Origin: Octopus sinensis
Taxonomy: Eukaryota
DNA length: 64,000 nt
Direction: 5' to 3'
NCBI RefSeq assembly: GCF_006345805.1
Contig: NC_042998.1
Location: 33,976,001 to 34,040,000, forward strand
Shown: positions 51,953 through 64,000 of the stretch, one piece after another
How the letters are laid out: each line of letters opens with the position of its first letter
Numbering within the stretch: the stretch's first letter is position 1
Notes under the pieces: generated by a model
What the model was told of the DNA's origin: nothing
What the model saw: only the letters and a program-made list of their open reading frames with translations
Databases searched by the model: none
Translations under genes and position numbers: made by a program

Positions 51953-52970
51953 CATAAATATATATATATATTTCTTTATTACCCACAAGGGGCTAAACAT
52001 AGAGGGGACAAACAAGGACAGACAAAGGTATTAAGTCGATTACATCGACCCCTGGGCGTAACTGGTACTTAATTTATCGACTCCGAAAGGATGAAAGGCA
52101 AAGTCGACCCCGGCGCAATTTGAACTCAGAACGTAACAGCAGACGAAATACCACTAAGCATTTCGCCCGGCGTGCTAACATTTCTACCAGCTCGCCGCCT
52201 TCATAAATATATATATATACATGATGATATATGTGTGTGTTTGTTATACATATATATGCATGTGTGTGTTTGTTATACATATATACATGCATGTGTGTGT
52301 GTGTGTATATATATGTGTGTGTTTGTTATACATATATATATGCATGTGTGTGTATATATATGTGTGTGTGTGTCTATGTATATGTGTGTATGTATATGTA
52401 TATGTGTGTGTCTGTGTGTGTATATGTCTAGATATCAAGAGGTAAAATGGATTAATAAACCCAGGTAGATATCTAGAAAGCACTCAGTGGTTAAGCAAAC
52501 TTGGTTAACAACATGAAACAATCAGATACCAACAAATTCAAATAGAATTAACATCCGACGTAATTCCTCACGTACGATAAGTAAATCCAAATATCGCTTA
52601 CAAGAATCCAGAGTCTATAACAACAGCAACGAGAAGGGAGAATCTCACATGTTTAATTGGTGATTACACCATTAATTACAGATAGTCGTTTCTATTTTGG
52701 TGGCATATTTCGATACAGAAGAATAGTACAAAATACCAGCCAAACCAATATTCTTTTATTCCAGGCATTTTACTGTGGCCATGCTGGAGCACCGTCTTTA
52801 GTCGAAAAATAATCAACCCCCAGGACTACTCGTTGTAAGCTTAGTACCTGTTCTATCATTCTCTTTTGCTGAACCGCTAAGTTATAGGAACATAAATACA
52901 CCAACATCAGTTGTCAAGTGATGGTTGGAGAGACAAACACAGACACACAAATACACATATAGATATATAT

Positions 52971-53355
52971 ACTAGCAGTATCGCACGGCGTTGCTCGGGT
53001 TTGTAAGGGAAATAACTATAAAGCATTTTTAGAGAGTTATAGCCAAAAAATAGCAAAAACTGCATTAAAAATGGAAAAAAAATTATGGTAAATTTTTTTT
53101 TAAATCGTTGACTCATCGTAGACATTTTTAGAGAGTTACTTACCTTATATTTAAAAAAATGTGCATTAAAATGGAAAAATATGATGGTAAATTATTTTTA
53201 AAATCGTAGACTCATGCTAATACCCAGAAGGGCTCAATATGAATCACGACTATAAGATACCCGGTTTTGGTTAAACTGCACCGCAAAATGTGGGAGTAGT
53301 TACGAATCTAAATCGGAGTAGACAGACACACAACCTTATTTTTATATATAAAGAT
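52971..53355 (+). mobile_element. Non-autonomous Helitron-like element
   Basis: Starts ACTAGCAGTATCGCACGGCGTTGCTCGGG and ends ...acagacacacaacc...tttatatataaagat, with an internal tandem duplication; sits in (TA)n. Confidence 0.55.
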
Positions 53356-53397
53356 GTGTATATATATATATATATATAATATATATATATATATATA

Positions 53398-53439
<42 letters not shown>

Positions 53440-53519
53440 ATGGAGAAATTGTACAAAATGTACAAGTGGATGATGAGTAAAACACTGCCACAGTTTCAAT
53501 TACCTGTTGTTATCCGTAG

Positions 53520-53900
53520 ATTTATTACAGGTACTTCGTAGTGGCAGTCGGGGTAACAGTATTAATAAAACAGGAGATAGAATGTACAATAGACTTTATT
53601 GGGTACAACACATGCTTCGACCCGTTTCAAATTTGATGGACATATAGCAGTACTTCAGCCGACTCAAGAAATCTCTAGTGAGACTTTTTATTGATGTACC
53701 TAAAGAGACCCAGAACGAGTTGAAATGTGTTGTACCCAACATGGAGTAGATGAAACAGGGAACAACTGATGAAGGGAATGTCCTTTATGTTGCCTGTCTT
53801 GTTTCACTATTTGTTTCTTTTGTTGTTCAAAAACAAAAGTGTTTACATGTTTTTGTTCTTTTATGTTCTTGTTTGCCATTTTGTTAATGTTTTCTTGACA
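53520..53900. mobile_element. Penelope-like terminal remnant with inverted segment
   Basis: Inverted pair 53599-53626 / 53715-53739; degenerate hammerhead core at 53696-53735. Confidence 0.45.
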
Positions 53901-55038
53901 TCCTGTACCCATATATGCATGTATATATACAAATATATGTAGGTGTATATATAGAGAGAGAGATCAAAATAAATATCAAATGGAAATTGTAGTTGTGATA
54001 CCTGTGCCGGTGGCACGTAAAAAGCACCATCTGAACGTGGCTGATGCCAGTGCCGCCTTGACTGGCTTCTGTGCTGGTGGCACGTAAAAAGCACCATCTG
54101 AACGTGGCTGATGCCAGTGCCGCCTTGACTGGCTTCTGTGCTGGTGGCACGTAAAAAGCAACAACCGATCGTACCTGCTGCCAGCTTCCCCTGGCTGGCA
54201 CGTAAAAAGCACCCACTACACTCATGGAGTGGTTGGCGTTAGGAAGGGCATCCAGCTGTAGAAACACTGCCAGATCAGAGTGGAGCCTGGTGCAGCCTCC
54301 TGGCTTCCCAGACCCCAGCTGAATCGTCCAACCCATGCTAAAATGGAAAGCAGACGTTAAACGATGACGATAATGATGATATATATATATGTATAAACAA
54401 CAGGCTTCTTTCAGTTTCTGTCTACCATCTCCACTCACAAGTCTATAGTAGAAGACATTTGCCCAAGGTGTCACGCAGTGGGACTGAACCTGGAACCATG
54501 TGGTTGAGAAGCAAGCTTCTAACCACACAGCCACTCCTATGCCTATTATAGATGAAAATTTATATATGCAAATTTATATTAATACAATGTTATCAAAGGA
54601 AGCCAAAACAGGTTAAACTCAAAGTGAACTGAAATAATATCTATAATACTTGAATGCATAAAAAACAAAAAACATAAACATTAAATAGAAACAGAATATT
54701 CTAAGGAAAGTCAGTTTAGTACTTGAACTTAAGATGACGTCAGCAGATAATGAAAGAATGAAAAACAAAAAATATATATTGAAATTCTACGGCATGACAT
54801 TTGGTTATCTAGCTATTCACAAATGCCTATATATGTGTGTGTGTGTGTATAATTTTCTTTTGAATATATATATATATATTTATATATATACATGCACACA
54901 TATCTGTCTATCTATTCATATATATATATAATATATATATATATATAGCAATATATATATAGCATATATATATAGCAAATATATATATAGCAAATATATA
55001 TATAGCATATATATATATATATAGCATATATATATATA

Positions 55039-55445
55039 GGCGCAGGAGTGGCTGTGTGGTAAGTAGCTTGTTTACCAGCCACATGGTTCCGGGTTCAGTC
55101 CCACTGCATGGCACTTTGGGCAAGTGTCTTCTACTGTAGCCTTGGGCCGACCAAAGCCTTGTGAGTGGATTTGGTAGACGGAAACTGAAAGAAGCCCGTC
55201 GTATATATGTATATATATATATATGCGTGTGTATTTGTGTGTCTGTGTTTGTCCCCCTAGCACTGCTTGACAACCGATGCTGGTGTGTTTATGTCCCCGT
55301 TACTTAGCGGTTCAGCAAAAGAGACCGATAGAATAAGTACTGAGCTTACAAAAGAATAAGTCCCGGGGTCGAGTTGCTCGATTAAAGGCGGTGCTCCAGC
55401 ATGGCCGCAGTCAAATGACTGAAACAAGTAAAAAATTGAAGAGAG
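55039..55445 (+). mobile_element. tRNA-derived SINE family 1 (representative; ~20 copies or fragments in the window)
   Basis: Head GGCGCAGGAGTGGCTGTGTGG...GGTTCAGTCCC (A/B boxes), central (TA/TG)n, 3' hairpin CAGTCA-AA-TGACTG. Other copies near 100(+), 8815(-), 10160(+), 21880(+), 29660(-), 35115(+), 48930(-), 56590(-) and 61815(-). Confidence 0.85.
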
Positions 55446-55476
55446 ACAGTATATATATATATATATATATATGTAT

Positions 55477-55510
<34 letters not shown>

Positions 55511-57893
55511 CACACAAGAGTGGCCATGGTAAGTAGTTTGCTTACCAACCACATGGTTCCAGGTTCAGTCCCACTGTGTGGCACCTTGAGCAAGTGTCTT
55601 TTGCTATAGCCTCGGGCCGACCAAAGCCTTGTGGGTGGATTTGGTACATGGAAGCTGAAAGAAGCTCGTCATATGTGTATATGTGTGTGTGTGTGTGTTT
55701 GCGTGTCTGTGTTTGTCCCTCCAACATCATTTGACAACCAATGTTGGTGTGTTTACATCCCCGTAACTAGGCAGTTCAGTAAAAGAAATTGATAGAATAA
55801 GCACTGGGCTTACAAAGAATAAGTCCTGGGGTCAATTTGTTCAACTAAAGGCAGTGGTCCAGCATGGCCAGAGTGACTGAAAGAAATAAAAGAAAAAAAA
55901 AAATATATATATATATATATATGAGTGTGTATGGGTGTGTCTATACATGTTTATGGCTGTGTACATATATACACACACATATATATGTATGTATATCTGT
56001 TTGTATATGCATATTTCCTAATTTTCAATTTTTATTTATTTTGTCCTTTATTTGTTTCAGTCACTTGAGTGCGACCATGCTGGGGCACCACCTTGAAATC
56101 TTTAGTCAAGCAAATCAACTCCAGTACTTATACCTTTTTTAAAACCTGATACTTACTCTATCAGTCTCTTTTTGCCAAATCACTAGGTAAAAGGGACATA
56201 AACAAACCAACAGATTCACAAGTGATAGTGGGGAACAAAGACAAGCACAAAGGCACACATATAGGCGGGTGTTTGTATGTGTATAAATATATAATGGACT
56301 CTCCCATCATTAGACGAAATGTGAGGGTTTGACAATTTCTTACTGAACAACTACACAGATGATTTGTTTATAGTGAGAAAATGTTTGCGTAGACATAATC
56401 GACATTACCTGTACAGGTGCAACTGGGTGTCACACATCAGATGTCGAAATGATCGCAGAGCAACACGAAATGAAGTGCTTTGCTCAAGAACACAACACAA
56501 TGCCCAGTCCGGGAATCGAACCCATGATCTTGCAATATATATGTCTTGCCTTCTCTCTCAACACAGACACACACACACACAGGGATCACATTTTCTTTTA
56601 CTTGTTTCAGTCATTTTTGACTGCGGCCATGCTGGAGCACCACCTTTAATCAAGCAACTCGACCCCAGGACTTATTCTTTTGTAAGCCCAGTACTTATTC
56701 TATCAATCTCTTTTGCCGAACCACTAAGTAATGGGGGACATAAACACACCAGCATCGCTAGGGGGACAAACACACATACACATATATACATATATACGAC
56801 GGGCTTCTTTCAGTTTCCATCTACCAAATCCATTCACAAGGCTTTGGTCGGCCCGAGGCTATGGTAGAAGACACTTGCCCAAGGTGCCACGCAGGGGGAC
56901 TGAACCCAGAACCATGTGGTTGGTAAACAAGCTACTTACCACACAGCCACTCCTGCACCAACATATGTTGGCTACAACCTGTTTGTGTGTATTGCAATGC
57001 CTCATAGTAAGTTGTGGCTATAAACTAATTAAGGTAACTCTTTCAAAATACTAGAGGTGTTTGACCTCTTTGCCTGTTGCATACCCATTACACTTCTCAT
57101 TTCTTTACAGAATCAAACGCTCTTTTCTAAAATATCACTTATCCAATATGTCGATGGATACGTCACAATCAAGGTTCCACCTTACCAGTTTATACCTGTT
57201 TAAAATTCTACCGTAGGAGGCTGAGTTTATCCTATGATGTAATCTACGAATACACCTGTAAAGTTCTTTCGAAACAGCTGTAGTAAATTTTCAATCCCAT
57301 TTATGTTCTTATGTTCTACTTCTTAAACCTACGCTGCACCTGCAACCAACCCAAAATCAGATCTAGTTTAACCCTTATCCGGCTCAAATATTCTATATGT
57401 TTTATATTCAAACTGGTGATATCTGGCCTCTCACACCTAATCTACACTGACATTCTAAAAATAAACAATCACATTACTGAAACCTCAAAAGCTATAAGAT
57501 AATGCAGGATTAATTAAAAACAATTTGAGTAAAAAAAATATTACATTTAACAGAGTAATCTGAATACTAAAGGATTAAACTGGATTTGGTAGTTACATAT
57601 TTACATACATGCAGTATCCTACCAACACATGATATCTCATGGTTGTTTTATCTCACAGGGAATCCCATGTTATAGTACCTAACCAGTTCTGGCATACCAC
57701 ATGTTGATGTGTAAAGGTTCTAATGAAATCCATAACTAATCTCTGTGAATACATATGCATAAATGTATATATATATATATATATATCATTCACACACTAC
57801 CATGTGTGAACAAAAATTTCTCAAGGTTAAAATTTACTCATTCACGACCAATTCTAGGCTTTGTCACTAACCCAGTTTTTAACAAAATTAGAT

Positions 57894-58156
57894 ATTTACA
57901 TTATTTACATTTGACCAATATTTGTCCTCATCTTGTTTGTTGTTATCACACTGTTTCGGCTGATATACCCTCCAGCCTGCATCAGGTGTCTTGGGAATGT
58001 CCATGGCATAATAATAATAATAATAATAATATAATAATAATAACAACATCGAAAAATACCTTAGGAATGAGAACCCAGGTTTGAAATAAGATGAGGATAA
58101 GTATCTGTCAAATGAAAATAATGTACATAATTCCTCATCTCTTAAATATAGAACTG
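57894..58156. mobile_element. Palindromic hammerhead-tailed retroelement, copy 4, inserted in the satellite
   Basis: Inverted tail, (AAT)n, then a deleted forward tail ending at ...aaatatagaactg. Flanked by AAATTAGAT at 57885-57893 and 58157-58165. Confidence 0.8.
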
Positions 58157-59605
58157 AAATTAGATGATGTTTACATTTTTAGATCAGTCATATCCAAAGC
58201 TATATCTTCAATGCCATAATTTAAAACTTGCTTCAGTAGAACATAAGTTTCGATAAAATATGTGATGTCAAAATAGGGAGAGTCACATATTTCATTTTAG
58301 CTTATATGATAGATCTCGGCATGAGGAATCTATCCACGTTACTTATTTGCAAAAATATTCAGTAGAAAAGAAGTACTGAGGTAAAACCCAGTGGAAAAAA
58401 GAAGGAGATTAACACCAGAAATCATAATTTGACTCCAAATATTCTTCTTATTTCAAAAGAAAACTATATTTAAATTCCACTTTTCAGATAGATCTCCACT
58501 AAAGGAATCCAATGATGCCAATGATATCAAGAAACAATTTTAAATAAAAAATACCAGCACCAAATGTTCTGAAAAAAGAGATTAACACCTAAATTCAAAC
58601 TCAAAACCTAAAAATCTATTTTTTTTTACTACCTTATATGATAGAATTCATCAACACAAGAGTTGTGGTGTTAATTTTTCCAAATAATATCATTCAAATA
58701 CGGTAATGCATGAATATTCTTAAGGTCAACATTTACTTACTAACGACCAATTCTAGGCTTTGTCACTAACTCACTTTTTAACCAAATTAGATGATGTTTA
58801 CATTTTTAGATTGGCCACATCCTAAGCTACATTTTCAGCTAAAAAAAAATTTGAAAATTCCTTCGGTAGAAAACAAGTTTCAGTAAAATATGTGAGGTCA
58901 AAAACGGGAGAGTAACACCTGAAATAAATATTGAGTCCAAATATTTTTTTTTTAAAGGAATCTATATTTCATTTTAGCTTATATGATAGATCTTGGCAAG
59001 AGGAATCTATCCATGTTACTTATTTGCAAAAATATTCAGTAGAAAAAAGTACTGATGTAAAATCCAGCGGAAAAAAAAAAAAAGATTAAGACATGAGATC
59101 AAAATCTGATACCAAATATTATTATTTCAAAAGAAAACTATATTTCAATTCAAGTTTTCAGATAGATCTCCACTAGAAAAATCCGATGATACCAATTATA
59201 TCAAGAACAATTTTTGAATAAAAAACTATTCTGGCCAAATATGCTGAAAGAAGTGGTAATGCCTAAAAACAAATTCAAAAATAAAAATTCTGTTTTTTTA
59301 ATACCTCATATGATAGAGCTTATCAAGATGAGTGTTGTGGTGCCAATCTTTTCAAAACATATCATTCCAGCATGTTAATGAGTGAATAATATTCTAAAGG
59401 TCAACATTTACTCACTCATGGCCACTTCTAAGCTTTGTCACTAACTCCGTTTTTAACCAAATTGGATGATGTTTACATTTTTAGATTGGTCACACCCTAT
59501 GCCACATTTTCAGCTAAAAGAAAATTTTGAAAATTCCTTCGGTAGAAAAAACTTTCAGTGAAATATGTGAGGTCAAAAACAAGCGAGTAACAACTGGAAT
59601 AGTCT

Positions 59606-61048
59606 TTGAGTCCAATCATCATCATCATCATCGTCGTTTAACGTCCGTTCTCCAGCTAGCATGGTTTGGACGGTTCGACCGGGGTTCTGGGAAGCCAGAA
59701 GGCTGCACCAGGCTCCATCTAATTTGGCAATGTTTCTACACTGGATGCCCTTCCTAACGCCAACCACTCCGTGAGTGTAGTGGGTGCTTTTTACGTGCCA
59801 CCTGCACAGGTGCCAGGCGGGGCTGGCAACGGCCACGGTCAGATTGGTGTATTTTATGTGCCACCGGCACGGAAGCCAGTCGAGGCGGTGCTGGCATCGG
59901 CCACGAGTTGGATAGTGCTTTTTACGTACCACCAGACCAGGGATCCTGGCTGGTTCAATTCGATTTCGATTTCGCTTGCCCCAACATGTCTTCACAAGCA
60001 AAGGGGGTTGGCAAGGGTGCCTGTCGTACGGTCGCATTGGAGTATTTTACGTGCCACGGCCACGAGTCGGATAGTGCTTTTTACGTACCACCAGACCAGG
60101 GATCCTGGCTGGTTCAATTCGATTTCGCTTGCCCCAACATGTCTTCACAAGCAAAGGAGGTTGCATGGGTGCCTGTCGTACGGTCGCCATTGGAGTATTT
60201 TACGTGCCACGGCCACGAGTCGGATGGTGCTTTTTACGTACCACCAGGCCAGGGATCCTGGCTGGTTCAATTCGGTTTCGATTTCGATTTCGCTTGCCCA
60301 AACAGTCTTCTCGCAAGCATGGGGGGTTGGCATGGGTGTCTGTCGTCGATGAGGTTCTTAACGACTTCGCTTGCCTCAGCCGTCTTTGTGTCCAAGGGAG
60401 GAAAGGCATTCATAAGTGGGCTGGGCTCACTGTCCTGCCTGGTCTTCTCACGTACAGAATATTTCCAAAGGTCTCGGTCTCTGGTCATTTCCTCAGTGAG
60501 GCCTAAAGTTCGAGAGGTCGTGCTTCCCACCTCGTCCCAGGTTTTCCTGGGTCTACCTCTCCCACGGGTTCCCTCAACTGCTAGGGATTGGCACTTTCTC
60601 ACACACCTATCTTCATCCATTCTCGCCACATGACCATACCAGCGCAATCGTCTCTCTTGCACACCACAACTGATGCTTCTTAGGTACAACATTTCTCTCA
60701 AGTGCTAACGCTGTCGAGTATGCACTGACATTACACATCCATCGGAGCATACTGGCTTCATTCCTCACGAGCTTACGCATGTCCTCAGCAGTCACGGCCC
60801 ATGTTTCGCTGCCATGTAGCATGGCTGTTCGTACACACGCATCATACAGTCTGCCTTTTACTCTGAGCGAGAGGCCTTTAGTCACCAGCAGAGGTAAGAG
60901 CTCCCTAAACTTTGCCCAGGCTATTCTTATTCTAGCAGTTACACTTTCAGCGCACCCACCCCCACTACTGACTTGGTCACCTAGATAACGGAAGCTATCA
61001 ACTACTTCTAGTTTTTCCCCCTGGAAAGTGACGGAAGTTGTTTTCTGC
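59606..61048 (-). mobile_element. 5'-truncated RTE-clade LINE with complete 3' UTR
   Basis: Frameshifted ORF2 end (KGRLYDACVRTAMLHGSETW; RRLRWYGHVARM...GRGRPRKTWDEV), then a UTR with 3 x ~155-bp repeats, ggaagggcatccag, and a (GAT)n tail. It interrupts the satellite. Confidence 0.9.
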
Positions 61049-62037
61049 AGATTTTCGGTTTAAAGGAATCCATATTTTATTTTAGTTTAAACGATAGCGC
61101 TCGGTGAGGGGAATCTATCCATGTTACTTATTGGCAAAATTATTCAGTAGAAAAAAGTACTGAGATAAAATTTGGTGAAAAAAATGGGAGATTAACACAT
61201 GAAATCGAAATCTGACCCCAAATATTATTCTTATTTCAAAATTTTTCAGATAGATATTCACTAGAGGAATCCGATGATGCTAATTATATCAAGCAACATT
61301 TTAAAATTGAAAACTGCTGGTGCGCCAAAAGTACCGAGAAAAGTGGTAACACCTAAAATTAAATGCCAACATTTTTCTGTTTTTAATACCTCATATCATA
61401 GACCTCATCAAGACAAGAAGCGATGCAAAAATATTCGGTAGGAAAAGAGTATTGAGGTAAAACTTGGCGCAAAAAAAAAAGGAGATTAACACCTGTGAAT
61501 GGTACCGTGTATAAATGGTATATTTTGGAAAGATTAGCACCACATCACTTAATAAGATCTATTGTATGAGGTATTAAAAAAAAAATTTGACATTGAATTG
61601 ATCTTAGGTGTTGTCACATTTTTCAGCACTTATGGCCCCAGTAATTTTTAATTTAAAAATTTCTCTTAATATAATTGGCATCATCGAATTCCTCTAGTGG
61701 ATATCTACCTGCAAAGTTGAATTTAAATATAGTTTTCTTTCGAAATAAGAATAATATTTAAAGTAAATTTCAATTTCAGGCATTAATCTCTTTCTTTTTT
61801 TTTTTTTTTTGCTTACTCTTTTACTTGTTTCAGCCATTTGACTGTGGCCATGCTGGAGCACCACCTTTAGTCAAGTAAATCGACCCCAGGACTTATTCTT
61901 TATAAGCCTAGTACTTATTCTATCGGTCTCTTTTGCTGAACCACTAAGTTATGGGAACATAAACACACCAGCATCGGTTGTCAAATGATGTTGGGGGGGG
62001 TACAAACACAGACACACAAACATATACACACACCTAC

Positions 62038-62100
<63 letters not shown>

Positions 62101-64000
62101 CGACGGGCTTCATTCAGTTTCCGTCAACCAAATCCACTCACAAGGCTTTGGTCAGCCCGAGACTATAGTAGAAGACACTTGCCCAAGGTGCCATGCAGTG
62201 GGACTGAACCTGGAACGATGTGGTTGGTAAGCAAATTACTTACCACACAGCCTTCCACAGTTTTTTTCTACTGAATAATTTTGCATCTTTGTAATATGGA
62301 TAGATTCCCCTCACCAAGACCCATCATATAATCGAAAATATAGATTTCTTTTAAAAAAATATTTGAACTCAATAGTTATTTCAGGGGTTACTCATCCATT
62401 TTTGACCTCTCATATTTTACCGAAAGTTTTTTCTACTGAAGGAATTTTCAAATTTTGTAGCTGAAAATGTAGTTTGTGATGTGACAAATCTAATTTGGTT
62501 AAAAGAGTTAGTGACAAATTCTAGAAGTGGTCATGAGTGAGTAAATGTTGACCTTCAGAATATTATTCACACTCTACCATGTGTGAATGATACTCTTTGC
62601 AAATATTAGCACCAAGACATTCGTCTTGATATAATTGGCATTACTGGATTCCTCTAGCGGAGATGTCTGTAAAAAGTTGAATTTCAATATAATATTCTTT
62701 GGAAATAAGAATAATATTTGGAGTCAATGTTGATTTCAAGCATCACTTTTTTTTTTTTTGTTTTTGCCAGTTTTCAATTCAGTACATTTTTTGTACAGAA
62801 TATTTTTGCATCTAATTGACATGGATAGATTCCTCTTGCCGAGGTCTATCATATCAGCTAAAATAAAATATAGATTTCTTTAAAGAAAAAAAAATTTTTA
62901 ACCCAAAGTCGATTTCAAATTAGACGATGTTTACATTTCTAGATTGGTCACATCACAAGCTATATTTTCAGCTACAAAATCTGAAAATTGTTTTGGTAGA
63001 AAAATACTTTCAGTAAAACATGTAAGATCAAAAACGTGAAAGTAACACCTGAAATCGATTTTGAATCCAAATTTTTTTCTTTTTTTTTTAAAGAAGTCTA
63101 CATTTAATTTTAGTTTATATGATAAATTTTGGCAAGAGGAATCTATCCATGTTACTTATCTGCAAAATTATTCAGTAGCTAAAAGAAGTACTGAGGTAAA
63201 AATCTGGTGAAAAACAAATGGAGATTAACACCTGAAATTGAAATATTATTTTTATTTCAAACGGAAACTATATTTAAATTCAAGTTTTCAGATAGATCTC
63301 CACTAGAGGAATCCAATGATGTTAATTATATCAAGAACAATTTTTAAATAAAACACAACTGGAGCCAAATGTGCCAAAAAAAAAAAAAAAAAAAAGAGGT
63401 AACACCTACAATCAAATTGAAGACCTGATATTTTTTGTATACCTCATATGACAGAAATCTGGATTTTATCTTAACTTATATGATACATTCCAAGGAGAGG
63501 AATCTATCCATGTTACTTATATGCAAAAATATTCAGTATAAAGAAAGTACTAATGTGAAAATTAGCAAAAAAAAAAAACCAACAAAAAACCCCCCGATTA
63601 ACACCTGAAATCAAATTTTGACTCCAAATATTATTTTAAGCGAAAACTATATTTAAATTCAACTTTTCAGAGATTTCTACTGGAGGAATCCGATGATGCC
63701 AATTATATCGTGAACAATTTCAAATAAAAAACTCCTGGGTCCAAAGGTGCCAAAAAAAGAGGTAACACCTAAAATGAATTTCAAAACCTAAGAATTTTTT
63801 TATCTACTACCACATATGATAAAACTCATGAAGCCGATTGTTGTGGAGCTAATCTTTCCAAAAAATATCATTCAGACATGCAAGTGCATGAATAATATCC
63901 TTAAGGTTAACATTTACTACCCCACCACCACTTCTAGGCTTTCTCACTAACTGAGTCTTTTACCAAATTAGATGATGTTTACATTTCTCAGTTGGTCACA

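Larger units (their letters stand above)
57815..64000. repeat. Degenerate AT-rich satellite, ~630-680 bp unit, with inverted block
   Basis: Marker tagatgatgtttacattt at ~58160, 58789, 59463, 62921 and 63969; reverse-orientation copies between ~61510 and 62915. Confidence 0.8.

Noticed and set aside
51089-52483. Long ORFs rich in Y/I/H/T or C/V/M
   Set aside because: Stop-free translations of (TA)n/(CA)n microsatellites.
59771-60633. 193- and 241-aa ORFs with internal repeats
   Set aside because: Antisense or off-frame reading of the LINE 3' UTR tandem array and ORF2 end; not an independent gene.

Overview
AT-rich, repeat-saturated eukaryotic genomic DNA, most likely octopus (inferred from the SINE/LINE repertoire and (TA/CA)n content, not proven). 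It holds the 3' half of a CLCN7-type lysosomal Cl-/H+ exchanger on the + strand: 8 exons, 2145-31180, all splice phases consistent, ending at TGA. A weaker candidate is a convergent minus-strand gene built from very small exons (32254-41951). The rest is mobile DNA. There are two different internally deleted piggyBac derivatives lying head-to-head in one intron, a deleted mariner, hAT and Tigger MITEs, Helitron-like elements, several tRNA-headed SINE families, and about 20 5'-truncated copies of an RTE LINE whose 3' UTR carries a hypervariable minisatellite. An AT-rich ~630-680 bp satellite with internal subunits and an inverted block occupies 57.8-64 kb. The most striking observation is a recurrent palindromic, tRNA-headed retroelement whose tail carries a Penelope-type minimal hammerhead ribozyme motif. 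All four two-armed copies are head-to-head inverted dimers, and three are flanked by 9-13 bp direct repeats. Exon, TIR, TSD and ribozyme coordinates were counted by hand; other repeat boundaries are approximate.
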